64,000 nt of DNA from a virus: positions 14,478-78,477 of the IMG/VR virus record IMGVR_UViG_3300046777_001575; one strand, written 5' to 3'. The notes under the pieces were generated by a model. It saw nothing but the letters and a program-made list of their open reading frames with translations, made no database searches and was not told the DNA's origin. Below are positions 13,135-22,809 of this stretch, piece after piece. The position numbers and the translations under genes were made by a program. Each line of letters begins with the position of its first letter. The stretch's first letter is position 1.

Positions 13135-13143
13135 ATTATACCA
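13135..13143 (-). promoter_or_regulatory. Extended -10 promoter TGGTATAAT (representative of the late-gene class)
   Basis: The same TGnTAnnnT element recurs before many minus-strand genes (near 13851, 17612, 22799, 26560, 29765, 30556, 34505, 37135, 37803, 38395, 41821, 44904, 45950, 47923, 47996, 49705, 50291). Confidence 0.7.
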
Positions 13144-13166
13144 TAGGACAGGCTTATTTTTTGTTA

Positions 13167-13844
13167 TTAATAACTTTCATAATCAAGACCCATTCCTATA
13201 CCAAAACCAGCCTTTTCTGCATTTTTACCTTGTAGGGCAAGTATGTCATTTCCATCACTCACTGCACCCTTGCTAAAAACCCTGGCTTTCATATCTTCCC
13301 ATGCATTGCTATTTCCAGAATTTTTATCTAAATCTACACCCTGCATAGCAGCAGAAAACTTTTTGTCAGAATAGTCTAGTTCTCTTTTAATTTGTAATGT
13401 AGCGGTCAACTCTTGCATTGATAAAGAAGACTCTAATTCTTCATAATCTTTCCATATACCAAGCAAAAAAACCTCGGACTCTAATTTAGCCAAATCCAAT
13501 GTCTCCCAACTGGATCCACTTTCTACCGCTTGAGATTTTACTGTATCTTCTGACTTTTCATTAATTTTGATTCCTGCTGCTATATCAATAATTTCATATA
13601 TTGTAGGCAAATCAAGATTATCTTCTAATTGCTCTATTGTTTTTATTGATGGATAGTATTGTTGCATTGTAACAAGAGCACATTCAGCCAATATAGCAAT
13701 TGACTCATCATCTGTTTTTGCTTCTTTAATCTTTTCAAATGTTTCTAAAAACTCTCTAAGATATTTTATTTTTAAAGGAGCAGCAATAATTATGCTGTCA
13801 TCTATTAAAGATATTTTTTTAGTATCGTATATTTTAGTTGCCAT
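13167..13844 (-). CDS. Tail assembly chaperone, long (gpGT-like)
   Basis: First ~95 aa align with the 108-aa neighbour (LID…PLKI…MQQY…LE.NLDLPT.Y.I…GIK), followed by a ~125-aa extension. Confidence 0.7.
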   Translation of the reverse strand: MATKIYDTKKISLIDDSIIIAAPLKIKYLREFLETFEKIKEAKTDDESIAILAECALVTMQQYYPSIKTIEQLEDNLDLPTIYEIIDIAAGIKINEKSEDTVKSQAVESGSSWETLDLAKLESEVFLLGIWKDYEELESSLSMQELTATLQIKRELDYSDKKFSAAMQGVDLDKNSGNSNAWEDMKARVFSKGAVSDGNDILALQGKNAEKAGFGIGMGLDYESY

Positions 13845-13858
13845 TATATAAGTATATC

Positions 13859-13892
13859 AAACAGAAAGGCCCAACCCCGAAGGATTGAGCCT
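13859..13892 (-). terminator. Intrinsic terminator after the major tail gene
   Basis: AGGCUCAAUCC-UUCG-GGGUUGGGCCU followed by UUCUGUUU. Confidence 0.85.
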
Positions 13893-13910
13893 CTCATATA
13901 TTAAGTTGTA

Positions 13911-14567
13911 TTATGCTGTTAGGGAACGATCTACGATCTTTCCGTATGACGCATTGTCGTTTGGAAGAAGACGGAATGATACTTCAAACATTGAAGCCTC
14001 ATCACGCTTTGCTGATACTGTAACATTCTCAATTGAGAGTGCACGGTATGCAACATAGATTCTTTCCTTTGGCTCTAGAGAAGAACCAGAACCTGGTCCT
14101 ACTGCTACGAGTCCACGCTCTAGCGGAACGTCACCGATATCACCAGCAGACATCTTGAGTTGTGAAACTCCTGATGCTGTTGTTAGATCTGAGTCGTCTC
14201 CAGCAATTGCTACTAGAAGATTTTCTAGTGTTGCTTCTGCGAATGCAGTGTTTAGATTAACTGTCATACCTTGCTTGAACAAACGAGCAACGTCGAGAAG
14301 TTGGTCTACTGCTACTTCACCGAAATCAGGCTGGAATGCGAGTTCCAAACCATTTGATGTGTATCCTACGTTGGTATAGTCATTATTTGATGACAATGTA
14401 TCCTTGTAAGATGTTGTGGATGCTGTGAATACTGGAAGATCTGCTGATGCTTGAGTATCAGTAATTGCTCCAGTTAATGCTTCGTATCCAATTGGACCTG
14501 CATCATGTGTAAAAAGTGCTGCTGCACCCACGATGATGTTACTACTTGAACCACGGCTGTATGCCAT
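13911..14567 (-). CDS. Major tail (tube) protein
   Basis: NIIVGAAALF…VGYTSNGLELAFQPDFGEVAVDQ motif of actinophage tail tubes; position before chaperones; followed by a terminator. Confidence 0.85.
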   Translation of the reverse strand: MAYSRGSSSNIIVGAAALFTHDAGPIGYEALTGAITDTQASADLPVFTASTTSYKDTLSSNNDYTNVGYTSNGLELAFQPDFGEVAVDQLLDVARLFKQGMTVNLNTAFAEATLENLLVAIAGDDSDLTTASGVSQLKMSAGDIGDVPLERGLVAVGPGSGSSLEPKERIYVAYRALSIENVTVSAKRDEASMFEVSFRLLPNDNASYGKIVDRSLTA

Positions 14568-14632
14568 ATATTCTCACCTCTTTCATTTTATTAAAAGGGG
14601 GTTTGTTTCCTCATCATAATTATACTACCCTT

Positions 14633-15163
14633 TTATGATGGATTTATTGGATGCCAGTCATAGTCGATAATGATCTTATTCCCCGCATAAGTACGGGCTG
14701 TACCAAAGTCAATAATATCTCTTGCTTCCTCAAGTTGATATATCTTAAAGTTGTGGAAAAACAGTGGTTTAGACTCATTTGACCAAAGGGCCTCATTTTG
14801 TGCTGCCCACTCATTTATATCTTTTGCAGAATCATCTGCATTGTCCAATAAATCACTTACCATTTGCTGTATATAAACCATCTGCTCAGATGGACTCCAA
14901 CCTTTACTTACATTTCCTGTAGCATAAAAATAGTACAAAACTTGTTCACATTTTATGTATGGAAATGGAGTTCTTCTCATTCTAAACATTCTGTCATATA
15001 CTCCAAACAGTCCATTTGTATCTGGAAAAGTTTGAGTTAGTGAGTCAAGATCTGTTGGTAGTGTTGGAAAAAAATAAGTTGTTTCGTCTGTGCCAAACCT
15101 TTCATCAACTTTTGATGCCAAGTATTTATTAATTATTGTTGGGGGATGATGTACTAATGCCAT
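14633..15163 (-). CDS. Putative tail terminator / completion protein
   Basis: Synteny between neck genes and major tail. Confidence 0.5.
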   Translation of the reverse strand: MALVHHPPTIINKYLASKVDERFGTDETTYFFPTLPTDLDSLTQTFPDTNGLFGVYDRMFRMRRTPFPYIKCEQVLYYFYATGNVSKGWSPSEQMVYIQQMVSDLLDNADDSAKDINEWAAQNEALWSNESKPLFFHNFKIYQLEEARDIIDFGTARTYAGNKIIIDYDWHPINPS

Positions 15164-15837
15164 TATGCACCTACCCCTGCATTAGCAATCCAGCGATAGC
15201 CAGTTGATACGCCCTTTGTCTTACCCATCTTTTTGCCTGCTTGCAAATTCTTTTTATATACTTGTGGGTTTTCAAGATACTGTGCGATTCCACTTACTCT
15301 TAAGAATGCTTGAGAAAAATATCTATTAAAGAACATATCAAACACTTTTTCAAAACCACCCTGAACTTCTGTTCCTCCAGGATTTAAAACTTCTACTGGT
15401 CCCTGTGTAAATACTGTCTCTCCATTTTCTTCAAATGCTAAAACTTGTGCAGTTCTAGGTCTTATTGTGACTGGTATCCCCTGTTCCATAATTCTAGCCT
15501 TATCATAAAATGGTGTTCTAGAACCATTTTTAATTGATGTTGATTGACTAAACGAAGACTTAAAAGAAAGGCCTAGATTGCTGGTTGTATAAGATATATC
15601 ATATAGTCTTGCGCTTGGACTTCCTGTTTGGTTCCACTCATATATATGATGTAGCATATCTGGGTTAACTCTTGCATTTGAGTCAATAAATTCTTTCATT
15701 AATTCTACCGTTTCCATTCCTACTGTTTTTAAGAATATAGTTTTTCCTCTTTGAATACCATCTAAAAATCCAATAGAGTAGTCAACAATGTTACTCATTT
15801 CCTTCTTAAACTGGTTAGAATTAAATACGGCTCTCAT
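15163..15837 (-). CDS. Putative neck / tail-completion protein
   Basis: Synteny; coupled to its neighbours. Confidence 0.5.
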   Translation of the reverse strand: MRAVFNSNQFKKEMSNIVDYSIGFLDGIQRGKTIFLKTVGMETVELMKEFIDSNARVNPDMLHHIYEWNQTGSPSARLYDISYTTSNLGLSFKSSFSQSTSIKNGSRTPFYDKARIMEQGIPVTIRPRTAQVLAFEENGETVFTQGPVEVLNPGGTEVQGGFEKVFDMFFNRYFSQAFLRVSGIAQYLENPQVYKKNLQAGKKMGKTKGVSTGYRWIANAGVGA

Positions 15838-16283
15838 ACGTCACCTGTTTGATTTTCTGACCTTCTGATTACTACGTTATAGGACTCAACTACTCCAAAT
15901 GGTCCAACAAAAGGCTCGTATGTGGCTATTTCAAAGAGGGTCCCCTTACCAGATCTTGGACCAGAGGTCTCCATATAAACAAGGTTACCGCTTTGATCTC
16001 TGATATCTGTTATTAAGATATTGGTTAGAGAATTTTTGTTATCACGAGAAGATATTCGAATATCTGATTTTGTTCTGCCAACTAAAATTGAATTCTGTGT
16101 TATATTTACGTTTGGCTTTACTTCTTCTTTAAAAGCAGATCCGCCAGATGAAAATGTGCAAGCAAACACTCTATCTAAAACCCATTGCTTTTTTATTGCA
16201 CCGTAGTTGCCTTGTTCTACTATAGGATGATAAACTGATGCTTGAAGCGGATACATGAAGTCTGGGGTTTCGCAAACAACCAT
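15834..16283 (-). CDS. Putative head closure (stopper) protein
   Basis: 149 aa, beta-rich, after the connector. Confidence 0.5.
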   Translation of the reverse strand: MVVCETPDFMYPLQASVYHPIVEQGNYGAIKKQWVLDRVFACTFSSGGSAFKEEVKPNVNITQNSILVGRTKSDIRISSRDNKNSLTNILITDIRDQSGNLVYMETSGPRSGKGTLFEIATYEPFVGPFGVVESYNVVIRRSENQTGDV

Positions 16284-17164
16284 TATAAAACTCCAATTTT
16301 TGTAATAGACTTATTATACTTTGAGAGTATTTTGTCTACAATTATATTTCCTGTCCCCTGGAAAATACCTTTATCAAACTGAATTCTATATTGATCAGTA
16401 TTGTATGAAGTAACAAATCTCTTGTAATAGTCTAACTTTCCACATTCAATATCATGAATCAGCATCTCTGTTGCTCTAACAATGTCTGATGGCACGGTAG
16501 TGTATCCATGCTCTACTACAATTCTATAGTCCCAAGTATTTCCAAACCCTCTGTACACAAACTGTGGGTCAAGTGAGTCTGAAGATGCTGCTGGTAAAAC
16601 CAGTGGAGCAGATTCAGCACGATTAATATTGTCTATTGATTTTTCAACAATTGCTGTTTTGTCTGATGTGACCTCAAACTCTCTATCTGTTACTAATTTG
16701 TTATTTTCATATACTGACAAAACCTTCTTTACGTCATCCCATATTGGTAAGTAATCTGATCCTGTTCCTGTAAAATGTAAAACCTTTTTCTTATAATAAA
16801 ATCCTTCTGGAACTATTGAATCAATTATTGCTCTTGCAATTTCTTCATTATCAGCGTATGAAGCAATTTCTGATGCAGTACTTGCTTTATTGTTTGGATT
16901 AACATATGGCCTGGTTACCTCATATGTGTCATCAAAAATAATTTCATCTAAAACTTTAATTTCTACTCTATACTCAGAGTCATATCTTCCAGGTAGATTG
17001 ATTGTAATTGTATCTCCCGTCGATAGTTCTTCAAACTCTAAAGTAGAAAATGAAAGGTCCGCCATATCAGTTACCAAAACTGTAACATCTTTATCTGTAA
17101 TAGATGCAGGGATAGTGTAAGTAACTGGTATGTCTGCGTATGGCGGAACTCTCAATATATCCAT
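16283..17164 (-). CDS. Head-to-tail adaptor / connector
   Basis: C-terminal HGYTTVPSDIVRATEMLI motif typical of gp6/gp15-like adaptors. Confidence 0.65.
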   Translation of the reverse strand: MDILRVPPYADIPVTYTIPASITDKDVTVLVTDMADLSFSTLEFEELSTGDTITINLPGRYDSEYRVEIKVLDEIIFDDTYEVTRPYVNPNNKASTASEIASYADNEEIARAIIDSIVPEGFYYKKKVLHFTGTGSDYLPIWDDVKKVLSVYENNKLVTDREFEVTSDKTAIVEKSIDNINRAESAPLVLPAASSDSLDPQFVYRGFGNTWDYRIVVEHGYTTVPSDIVRATEMLIHDIECGKLDYYKRFVTSYNTDQYRIQFDKGIFQGTGNIIVDKILSKYNKSITKIGVL

Positions 17165-17167
17165 CTT

Positions 17168-17593
17168 TTATTGCCCAAAAGCCTTCTTGACTTCTTCTGG
17201 TGTAGCAATACGAACATGTGATCTTGTTAGCCACTTGTCAGCCTGTTCCTTGGTAACGATGTTGTAGCCTTTAGAAATTGCTCCAACCTCTTCCCAGCGA
17301 ACACTCTTAGTTGAATGAATTGCAACCTTTTCTGAATTATCAACTTCTGGCTTGATTTCTTTCTTAGGACCATCTGCTGCCATTGACCCAATAGCACCTG
17401 TTTGTGTAAAGCCTAATGATTGAACTGGCTCTTTTACTGCTGGTGCTTCAACTGCTTTTTCGGCAATTGGTTCTGGTGTAACTGCTTCAACGGCTGGCTC
17501 TGCTACTGACTCTGCTGGTGTTTCAACTACTGGAGTTTTAGCAGGCTCTTGCTGTTTTGCTATATATTCTGATAACGGACTATTATTTTCCAT
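17168..17593 (-). CDS. Hypothetical head-associated protein (Ala/Pro/Glu-rich N-terminus)
   Basis: 141 aa ORF after the capsid gene with SD AAGGAGG. Confidence 0.6.
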   Translation of the reverse strand: MENNSPLSEYIAKQQEPAKTPVVETPAESVAEPAVEAVTPEPIAEKAVEAPAVKEPVQSLGFTQTGAIGSMAADGPKKEIKPEVDNSEKVAIHSTKSVRWEEVGAISKGYNIVTKEQADKWLTRSHVRIATPEEVKKAFGQ

Positions 17594-17621
17594 TGTATCC
17601 TCCTTGTTTGTATTATATCAT

Positions 17622-17662
17622 TAAAGTATTAAGGGGGACAGGAGAGTGAACTCCCGCCCCCC
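17622..17662 (-). terminator. Terminator-like hairpin after the capsid gene
   Basis: GGGGGGCGGGAG-UUCACU-CUCCUGUCCCCC (12 bp with G-U pairs) followed by UUAAUACUUU. Confidence 0.7.
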
Positions 17663-17683
17663 ATTAAAGGTACTGTTTACAGA

Positions 17684-18817
17684 TTATGAATCTGAAGCAG
17701 CGTCAGCGAATGCAATTGCATCCTCTTCTTCCCATTGAATACCAAAGCGGACGAATACTGTGTATTCAATTGTGTCCTTCTTTGCTACGTATTCACGGTT
17801 TACAGTGATATCTCTTTGGAATCCCCATACACGGTTGGCAGGGAATGTCAAATCGATATAGCCTGCTGGGTAGTAAGGAACTTCCTGAACTTCAATTCCG
17901 AGAACACGAGTTGTACGTGCTCCACCGAATGTCTGTCCGATACCATCGAGGTATGATTGACGATTTGCCTGAGTGCTTCCTGGAACCTGTCCAGCAAATG
18001 CCTCAGCAACTGCGTCAGCAAGTGTACCGTTGTTCTTAACGATTCCACCGAATGCGTCAGTACCTGCATAGAACTTAAGATTGTTCTTAAGTGCACGGTA
18101 CTTACGTGGCATTGCATTGATGATGCCCTGCATTACATCAGGTGTCCAGGCATTGTTTGATACCTCTACAACTGACTCATGTGCATCTCCGTTTGTCTTT
18201 ACCTTGTTGATAAAGCCTGGCATGATTGACAAGAATGCTCCTGTCGCACCATCACCATTGATAGCGAGATCTTCGATATCATTTGCGAATGCGTTGGTCA
18301 TCAAGCGTACCAAGTGATCTTCTAGAGCGTCACCTTCTACACCATCTTCCAATGATTCTGCTGTTACTTCCCAATCAAGACGAATCTTCTTGGTAGTAAG
18401 TTCGACCTTAGAGAATGTTGCACCTGTGTTTGTGTAGTTGCCAACTGCTTGCGCTGCTGCACGAATTACACGCTCACCGACGTTTACCTTCTCAAGTTCC
18501 ATTGAGTTAGCCTTCATTGTTACACGACGGCCATCCTTTGCTAACACTGTAGCGTCCCAAACATAGTCGATAAAACGACGTGCCTGCTCGGGGCGCAAAA
18601 TTCCAGAAGCCGCTGAACCACTAGGGTTAACAGCGTTTGCTCCGCTTGTAGATCCAAGAGTTGCTGTTGGAATATTACCAAGTGTGTTTGCACCTGGATC
18701 TGTTACTCCACCAATTCCACCTGATGCGAAAGCACCTTGACCCTGGTAAAGACCTGGTGTAGTTCCACCTAGATCTCCACTAGCGCCTGGCTGGTTTTTG
18801 ATTATTTCTTCTGACAT
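17684..18817 (-). CDS. Major capsid protein (HK97 fold)
   Basis: GILRPEQARRFIDY…ELTTKKIRLDWEVTAESLED…ANDIEDLAINGD. Start re-set to MSEEII (18817) after SD GGAGGTG. Confidence 0.92.
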   Translation of the reverse strand: MSEEIIKNQPGASGDLGGTTPGLYQGQGAFASGGIGGVTDPGANTLGNIPTATLGSTSGANAVNPSGSAASGILRPEQARRFIDYVWDATVLAKDGRRVTMKANSMELEKVNVGERVIRAAAQAVGNYTNTGATFSKVELTTKKIRLDWEVTAESLEDGVEGDALEDHLVRLMTNAFANDIEDLAINGDGATGAFLSIMPGFINKVKTNGDAHESVVEVSNNAWTPDVMQGIINAMPRKYRALKNNLKFYAGTDAFGGIVKNNGTLADAVAEAFAGQVPGSTQANRQSYLDGIGQTFGGARTTRVLGIEVQEVPYYPAGYIDLTFPANRVWGFQRDITVNREYVAKKDTIEYTVFVRFGIQWEEEDAIAFADAASDS

Positions 18818-18840
18818 ATTGTCACCTCCTAGTGATTTGT

Positions 18841-20175
18841 TCATTTGAATAGATCGGCTGTTTTGAGGAAACTACCGCCCCATAGGGATTTTTCAACCAT
18901 TTCAGGTTGAGACTGAAAGATATCGCCGATATCTCCAGACTTTCGGAATGCGGTGTCTGCTTCCACAGCGTCTACTCGTTTTCCAAATTCATTAAACTCA
19001 TTTGTTACTGATGCAATATCTTTTGCAACGGCTGCAAATGAATCCTTTACTACATCAACATCTACCTTTGAAGACTTAAGAAGTTCTACTTCTGCTTGCA
19101 AAGATTTTACTGTTGACAATAGATCGCTAAAGGCTGATGTTAGATTATTCTTGATTTCTGCAATTGCTTCAACAACTACATCATCTGACTTAGATACATC
19201 TGCGCTTGCGTCTGCTACCTTTTCAACTGCTTCTGCAACTGGTGCATTTTCAGTATTTTCTACAACTGCTTCTTCTGACTTTACAACTTCTGCTGTTTCA
19301 GTCTCTTCTGCTTTTGCTACTTCGGTAACTTCTTCAACCACGGCATCTGCCTCTGGAGCGACCACAACATCTTCAACTACATCTGTCTTTTCAACTTGTG
19401 TCTTTGATTTTGTCATATGTTGTACCTCCTTGTTAATCTTAGAAGTATTAATGCCTTTAGCACTATCAACTAAGAATTTTATCATTGTTGTTTTTTCATC
19501 ATCCGTTTTTTCAACGAACCCTATGTTTTCCATCTGCTCTCCAGTAATGGGGCTAAGTTCTGACTCGTTTTCAGATGAAATTACAATTCCATTTTCCTTA
19601 TCATAAAAAACATTTTCTAATACTGTTGTATCTGCTTTAATTACGTCAACACCGTCAACCTTTTCTACAGATACAATATTTGCAAACTGATTTGCTGGGG
19701 AATCTACAAGACTCAACTCAACCAAATCATAATCTTTAATAATTCTAATCTGTGAGTCTGATTTTTCATCATAACCATCATCCCACTTATTCATACGACC
19801 ACCAATAGAAAATCCTGTTAGTGTGCCGTCCAAAACCTTTTCCCATGTATCTTGTGCACCCTTTGAAACATATGCAGATACAAAAACACCTTTATAAAAT
19901 TTCTTTGATTCTGGATCAAAGTACTTATCTTCTTTAAAGTTAATCATTTTTCCAACTGCTAATGGTTGGTGCATTTCACGAATATTACCACGGAACTTTG
20001 CAAATGCATTCATAGACGCTTCAGAAGTTACAATGTCGTTTTGCTTGTCAAGATTATCTAGAGATGCAAAACCAGAAACAATGCGTCTTTCCTTGTCTAC
20101 CTTACTAAAAGGCATCGAAAGACGAAGATTTTCCCCATCTGAATTCCAATGGGCTTTTGATATATTGCTCACCAC
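18841..20175 (-). CDS. Prohead protease fused to an acidic scaffold-like domain
   Basis: HK97-type protease motifs (RIVSGFAS, REMHQ, GFSIGG, LVELSLVDSPAN), then a Glu/Ala-rich coiled coil. Confidence 0.9.
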   Translation of the reverse strand: MVSNISKAHWNSDGENLRLSMPFSKVDKERRIVSGFASLDNLDKQNDIVTSEASMNAFAKFRGNIREMHQPLAVGKMINFKEDKYFDPESKKFYKGVFVSAYVSKGAQDTWEKVLDGTLTGFSIGGRMNKWDDGYDEKSDSQIRIIKDYDLVELSLVDSPANQFANIVSVEKVDGVDVIKADTTVLENVFYDKENGIVISSENESELSPITGEQMENIGFVEKTDDEKTTMIKFLVDSAKGINTSKINKEVQHMTKSKTQVEKTDVVEDVVVAPEADAVVEEVTEVAKAEETETAEVVKSEEAVVENTENAPVAEAVEKVADASADVSKSDDVVVEAIAEIKNNLTSAFSDLLSTVKSLQAEVELLKSSKVDVDVVKDSFAAVAKDIASVTNEFNEFGKRVDAVEADTAFRKSGDIGDIFQSQPEMVEKSLWGGSFLKTADLFK

Positions 20176-20228
20176 TATATTATATACCCTCTTTTTTCAT
20201 ATCTTGAATACTGAGATATAGATAACGA

Positions 20229-20810
20229 CTAATTTCTCCACCCTGGTCTTGCAGCCCTGAATAGCGCATTAAGAGATTTTTCACTCATCTGAAATAGCCC
20301 CTTTGATATACGCATATATTCGCTATCTTTTTGTGCTAGATGAACAAAAAGAAGGGTTAGGTGATCATCTTCACTAGAAGAGGGAAAGTCTGGTCTTCCA
20401 TGTACTTCCTCTTCACCCTTAATAAAAAAGATAGAGTTTGGTACATTGCTAAAACTTTCACCATTAATAATCAATGGCCAATCGATAGTGCCATCAATAA
20501 CCATGTCCATTACCCACTCGCCAGTAGTTATATCTTTGTGTTCTCTAAGTTCTGGAACTAGACCATCTTTAATTCTGTAGTCAACTATTTGACTGTATAC
20601 GATTTCTAGTGAGTCATCTCCAGTTTCTTTCTTTGCTATATTTAAAAACATTGTACTAAACTCTTCTGGCAAAAAGACTACCTTGTAGTACCTAGTAAGT
20701 TCTTCACCATAAGACCAAGAACTCATATCTTTTTTTTGATCTAAAACATATGCTTTTATTTTGTCAAAAGTTTCATTATCAAAAAAATTATTTTTATATA
20801 TAGATCTCAT
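20229..20810 (-). CDS. 2OG-Fe(II) oxygenase-like protein
   Basis: HKD…WPL…HGRPDFP; paralogous to 40048-40587. Confidence 0.6.
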   Translation of the reverse strand: MRSIYKNNFFDNETFDKIKAYVLDQKKDMSSWSYGEELTRYYKVVFLPEEFSTMFLNIAKKETGDDSLEIVYSQIVDYRIKDGLVPELREHKDITTGEWVMDMVIDGTIDWPLIINGESFSNVPNSIFFIKGEEEVHGRPDFPSSSEDDHLTLLFVHLAQKDSEYMRISKGLFQMSEKSLNALFRAARPGWRN

Positions 20811-22402
20811 TATGATGAAGACCGACCCTCACCCTTTGGATTTCTTCCAGATACAGTTGAAGTACTGTCAGAATTATTATTTGTTCTTTCTGCATCTCTT
20901 GCTCTTGTAGTATTTGCCTCTGCTGCGGTAGTTGGTTTAATATCTAACACTTCGTCTCCGCCTTCTCTTTGTGGCATGTCCAAAATTACTCTTGCCTCAT
21001 TTGGAGTTATGATTTGATTCTTGACATATCTTTCAAGAATTTGAGATTGTGCAATTTCATCAGTAAGTGTTAATTCGTTGAACACAAACTCAAGAATGTC
21101 TGTTTTTTCTCTAATGATTTTATTGATCATCTTTTCAAGTTGTCGTTGTGCTGGTCTAGCAACCTGTTCCTTAAAGGTGCGATCCTGTGCAAGTGCTGCT
21201 GCAATAGAACCAGAATCGCCACCTCCAAGTTTAGACAGTGGCACTTGATGTGCTACTAGGATGTCATCACGGTTTTGTTTACGATACTCTTTAAATGAGC
21301 CGTCTTGTATACCGTCTTCGATGGGATCCATTTTAAATTCAACTTTATTATTTTCGCTATCTCCTGGAAGTGGAATATATAGCGTTCTGTGCGATTGCCC
21401 TCTAAGATTTGTTTGTAAGAACCTAAACATCTTGTCTTCTGCATCTCCAGAAAGTTTTGCACCCTTTAATGTTACAACATATCTTGGTACTGCCTTGTTA
21501 GCAAAATAATCAATATTGTACTGTGAAGCAAGTGAGTCTCCATGTAATGAGTTAATAGCCGACATGATGTCAGGAACTCCATAAAATGTATTAAGAGGTG
21601 AGTATTGCTTAAAGTGAATAATTTCATTTGGTCTTGAATCAGTTGTTAAAGGATTTGGATTCTTTGCTCCAAAGTTACGGAAGTAAACAATCTTGTTTCC
21701 AATGATCTGTACGTAACCATCCTTGAGTCGTCTTACTCGCATTGTAGTTGCTGGTATATGTCCAACATATCCTATCTCACCACGAATAGTTCTACCAATT
21801 TCTAGATAGCCATTTCCTGTTGACTGTAGGTCTGTATAAACCTTTTCCATTGTTGCTGTAAATGAGTCGTCATCATTAAGAGATTCTAACCAATCACGCA
21901 TTTCAATCTTTGCTCGTTCGATTCTCTTTCTGGCTTTTTGTGTTGCGCTATTATCTTCTGCTGACTCAAGCCTCATGAGGGTTCTTTGAGAAACCTTAAA
22001 CTCGTATCCAAGTCCAACAATGTTTTCTACCTTTGCGTCAATAGCAGCATGATTAGCAAAAGATGTATCGTAGTAGTTTGCCAATTCATAAAGATTCCAT
22101 GGTGGCGTAATGACATCAAACATTCCATAGCCGTTTACATATACTAGCCCTGGATTTATCTCTTTTGACTGTGCTCCATCAATACCGCTTTTTCCAGCAA
22201 GTGCTGCTGTTGTATATTGAGTTGTTGGCTGTACCATCTTTGATGAAAGCCTAGAGGTTCTTCTTTTAAAGTTTGCATCTAGACCGTCTAAACTTTTTAG
22301 GGTTTCCCAAGTTCCAGTAAAAGGATCTGACTTTGCAAATGGGTCATCTTTCTTAATTGCATCATCAATTTTTGCACTAATCACATATTCATTATCTTCC
22401 AT
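20810..22402 (-). CDS. Portal protein
   Basis: TGNGYLEI, NEIIHFKQYSPLNTFYGVP, ITPNEARVIL; located upstream of the protease and capsid genes. Confidence 0.93.
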   Translation of the reverse strand: MEDNEYVISAKIDDAIKKDDPFAKSDPFTGTWETLKSLDGLDANFKRRTSRLSSKMVQPTTQYTTAALAGKSGIDGAQSKEINPGLVYVNGYGMFDVITPPWNLYELANYYDTSFANHAAIDAKVENIVGLGYEFKVSQRTLMRLESAEDNSATQKARKRIERAKIEMRDWLESLNDDDSFTATMEKVYTDLQSTGNGYLEIGRTIRGEIGYVGHIPATTMRVRRLKDGYVQIIGNKIVYFRNFGAKNPNPLTTDSRPNEIIHFKQYSPLNTFYGVPDIMSAINSLHGDSLASQYNIDYFANKAVPRYVVTLKGAKLSGDAEDKMFRFLQTNLRGQSHRTLYIPLPGDSENNKVEFKMDPIEDGIQDGSFKEYRKQNRDDILVAHQVPLSKLGGGDSGSIAAALAQDRTFKEQVARPAQRQLEKMINKIIREKTDILEFVFNELTLTDEIAQSQILERYVKNQIITPNEARVILDMPQREGGDEVLDIKPTTAAEANTTRARDAERTNNNSDSTSTVSGRNPKGEGRSSS

Positions 22403-22404
22403 AA

Positions 22405-22791
22405 TTATTCCTCATCACCATATAGAGCAATAGTATCTTTTGCTGCTTGAACCGCACCCAGATCATTAAGATTTGGAATTAGTCCAGACTTCATTCTGTC
22501 AACCTGTTCTGAATACTCTTCTTCAGAAACTCTTGTTAGTCCTGGAACAAATACACAAGTTCCATCTCCTGGATCTCCATAGTGCATTGCTGCCTTTTTT
22601 AATTCTGCTATTCTAGAAATATCATTTTTATCTGAAGGGATATTCAGCACAGAACCATTACCATCTGTAAACCATTTACCATTTGCTTTTTTGTAGACAT
22701 AAAGTCCCCAGTCATAGTTTTTTTCAATGACCTGTCTTCGAACATTTTTTACAATTGGTTGACCAGTTTTTGGGTCTATTAATGAATCCAT
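22405..22791 (-). CDS. Hypothetical protein
   Basis: 128 aa ORF with a leaderless-type promoter. Confidence 0.65.
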   Translation of the reverse strand: MDSLIDPKTGQPIVKNVRRQVIEKNYDWGLYVYKKANGKWFTDGNGSVLNIPSDKNDISRIAELKKAAMHYGDPGDGTCVFVPGLTRVSEEEYSEQVDRMKSGLIPNLNDLGAVQAAKDTIALYGDEE

Positions 22792-22809
22792 AACTATAAG
22801 TATACCATA

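Noticed and set aside
12763-13844. Programmed -1 frameshift in the tail chaperone locus
   Set aside because: Both chaperone forms are complete separate ORFs; no overlapping T frame is needed or evident
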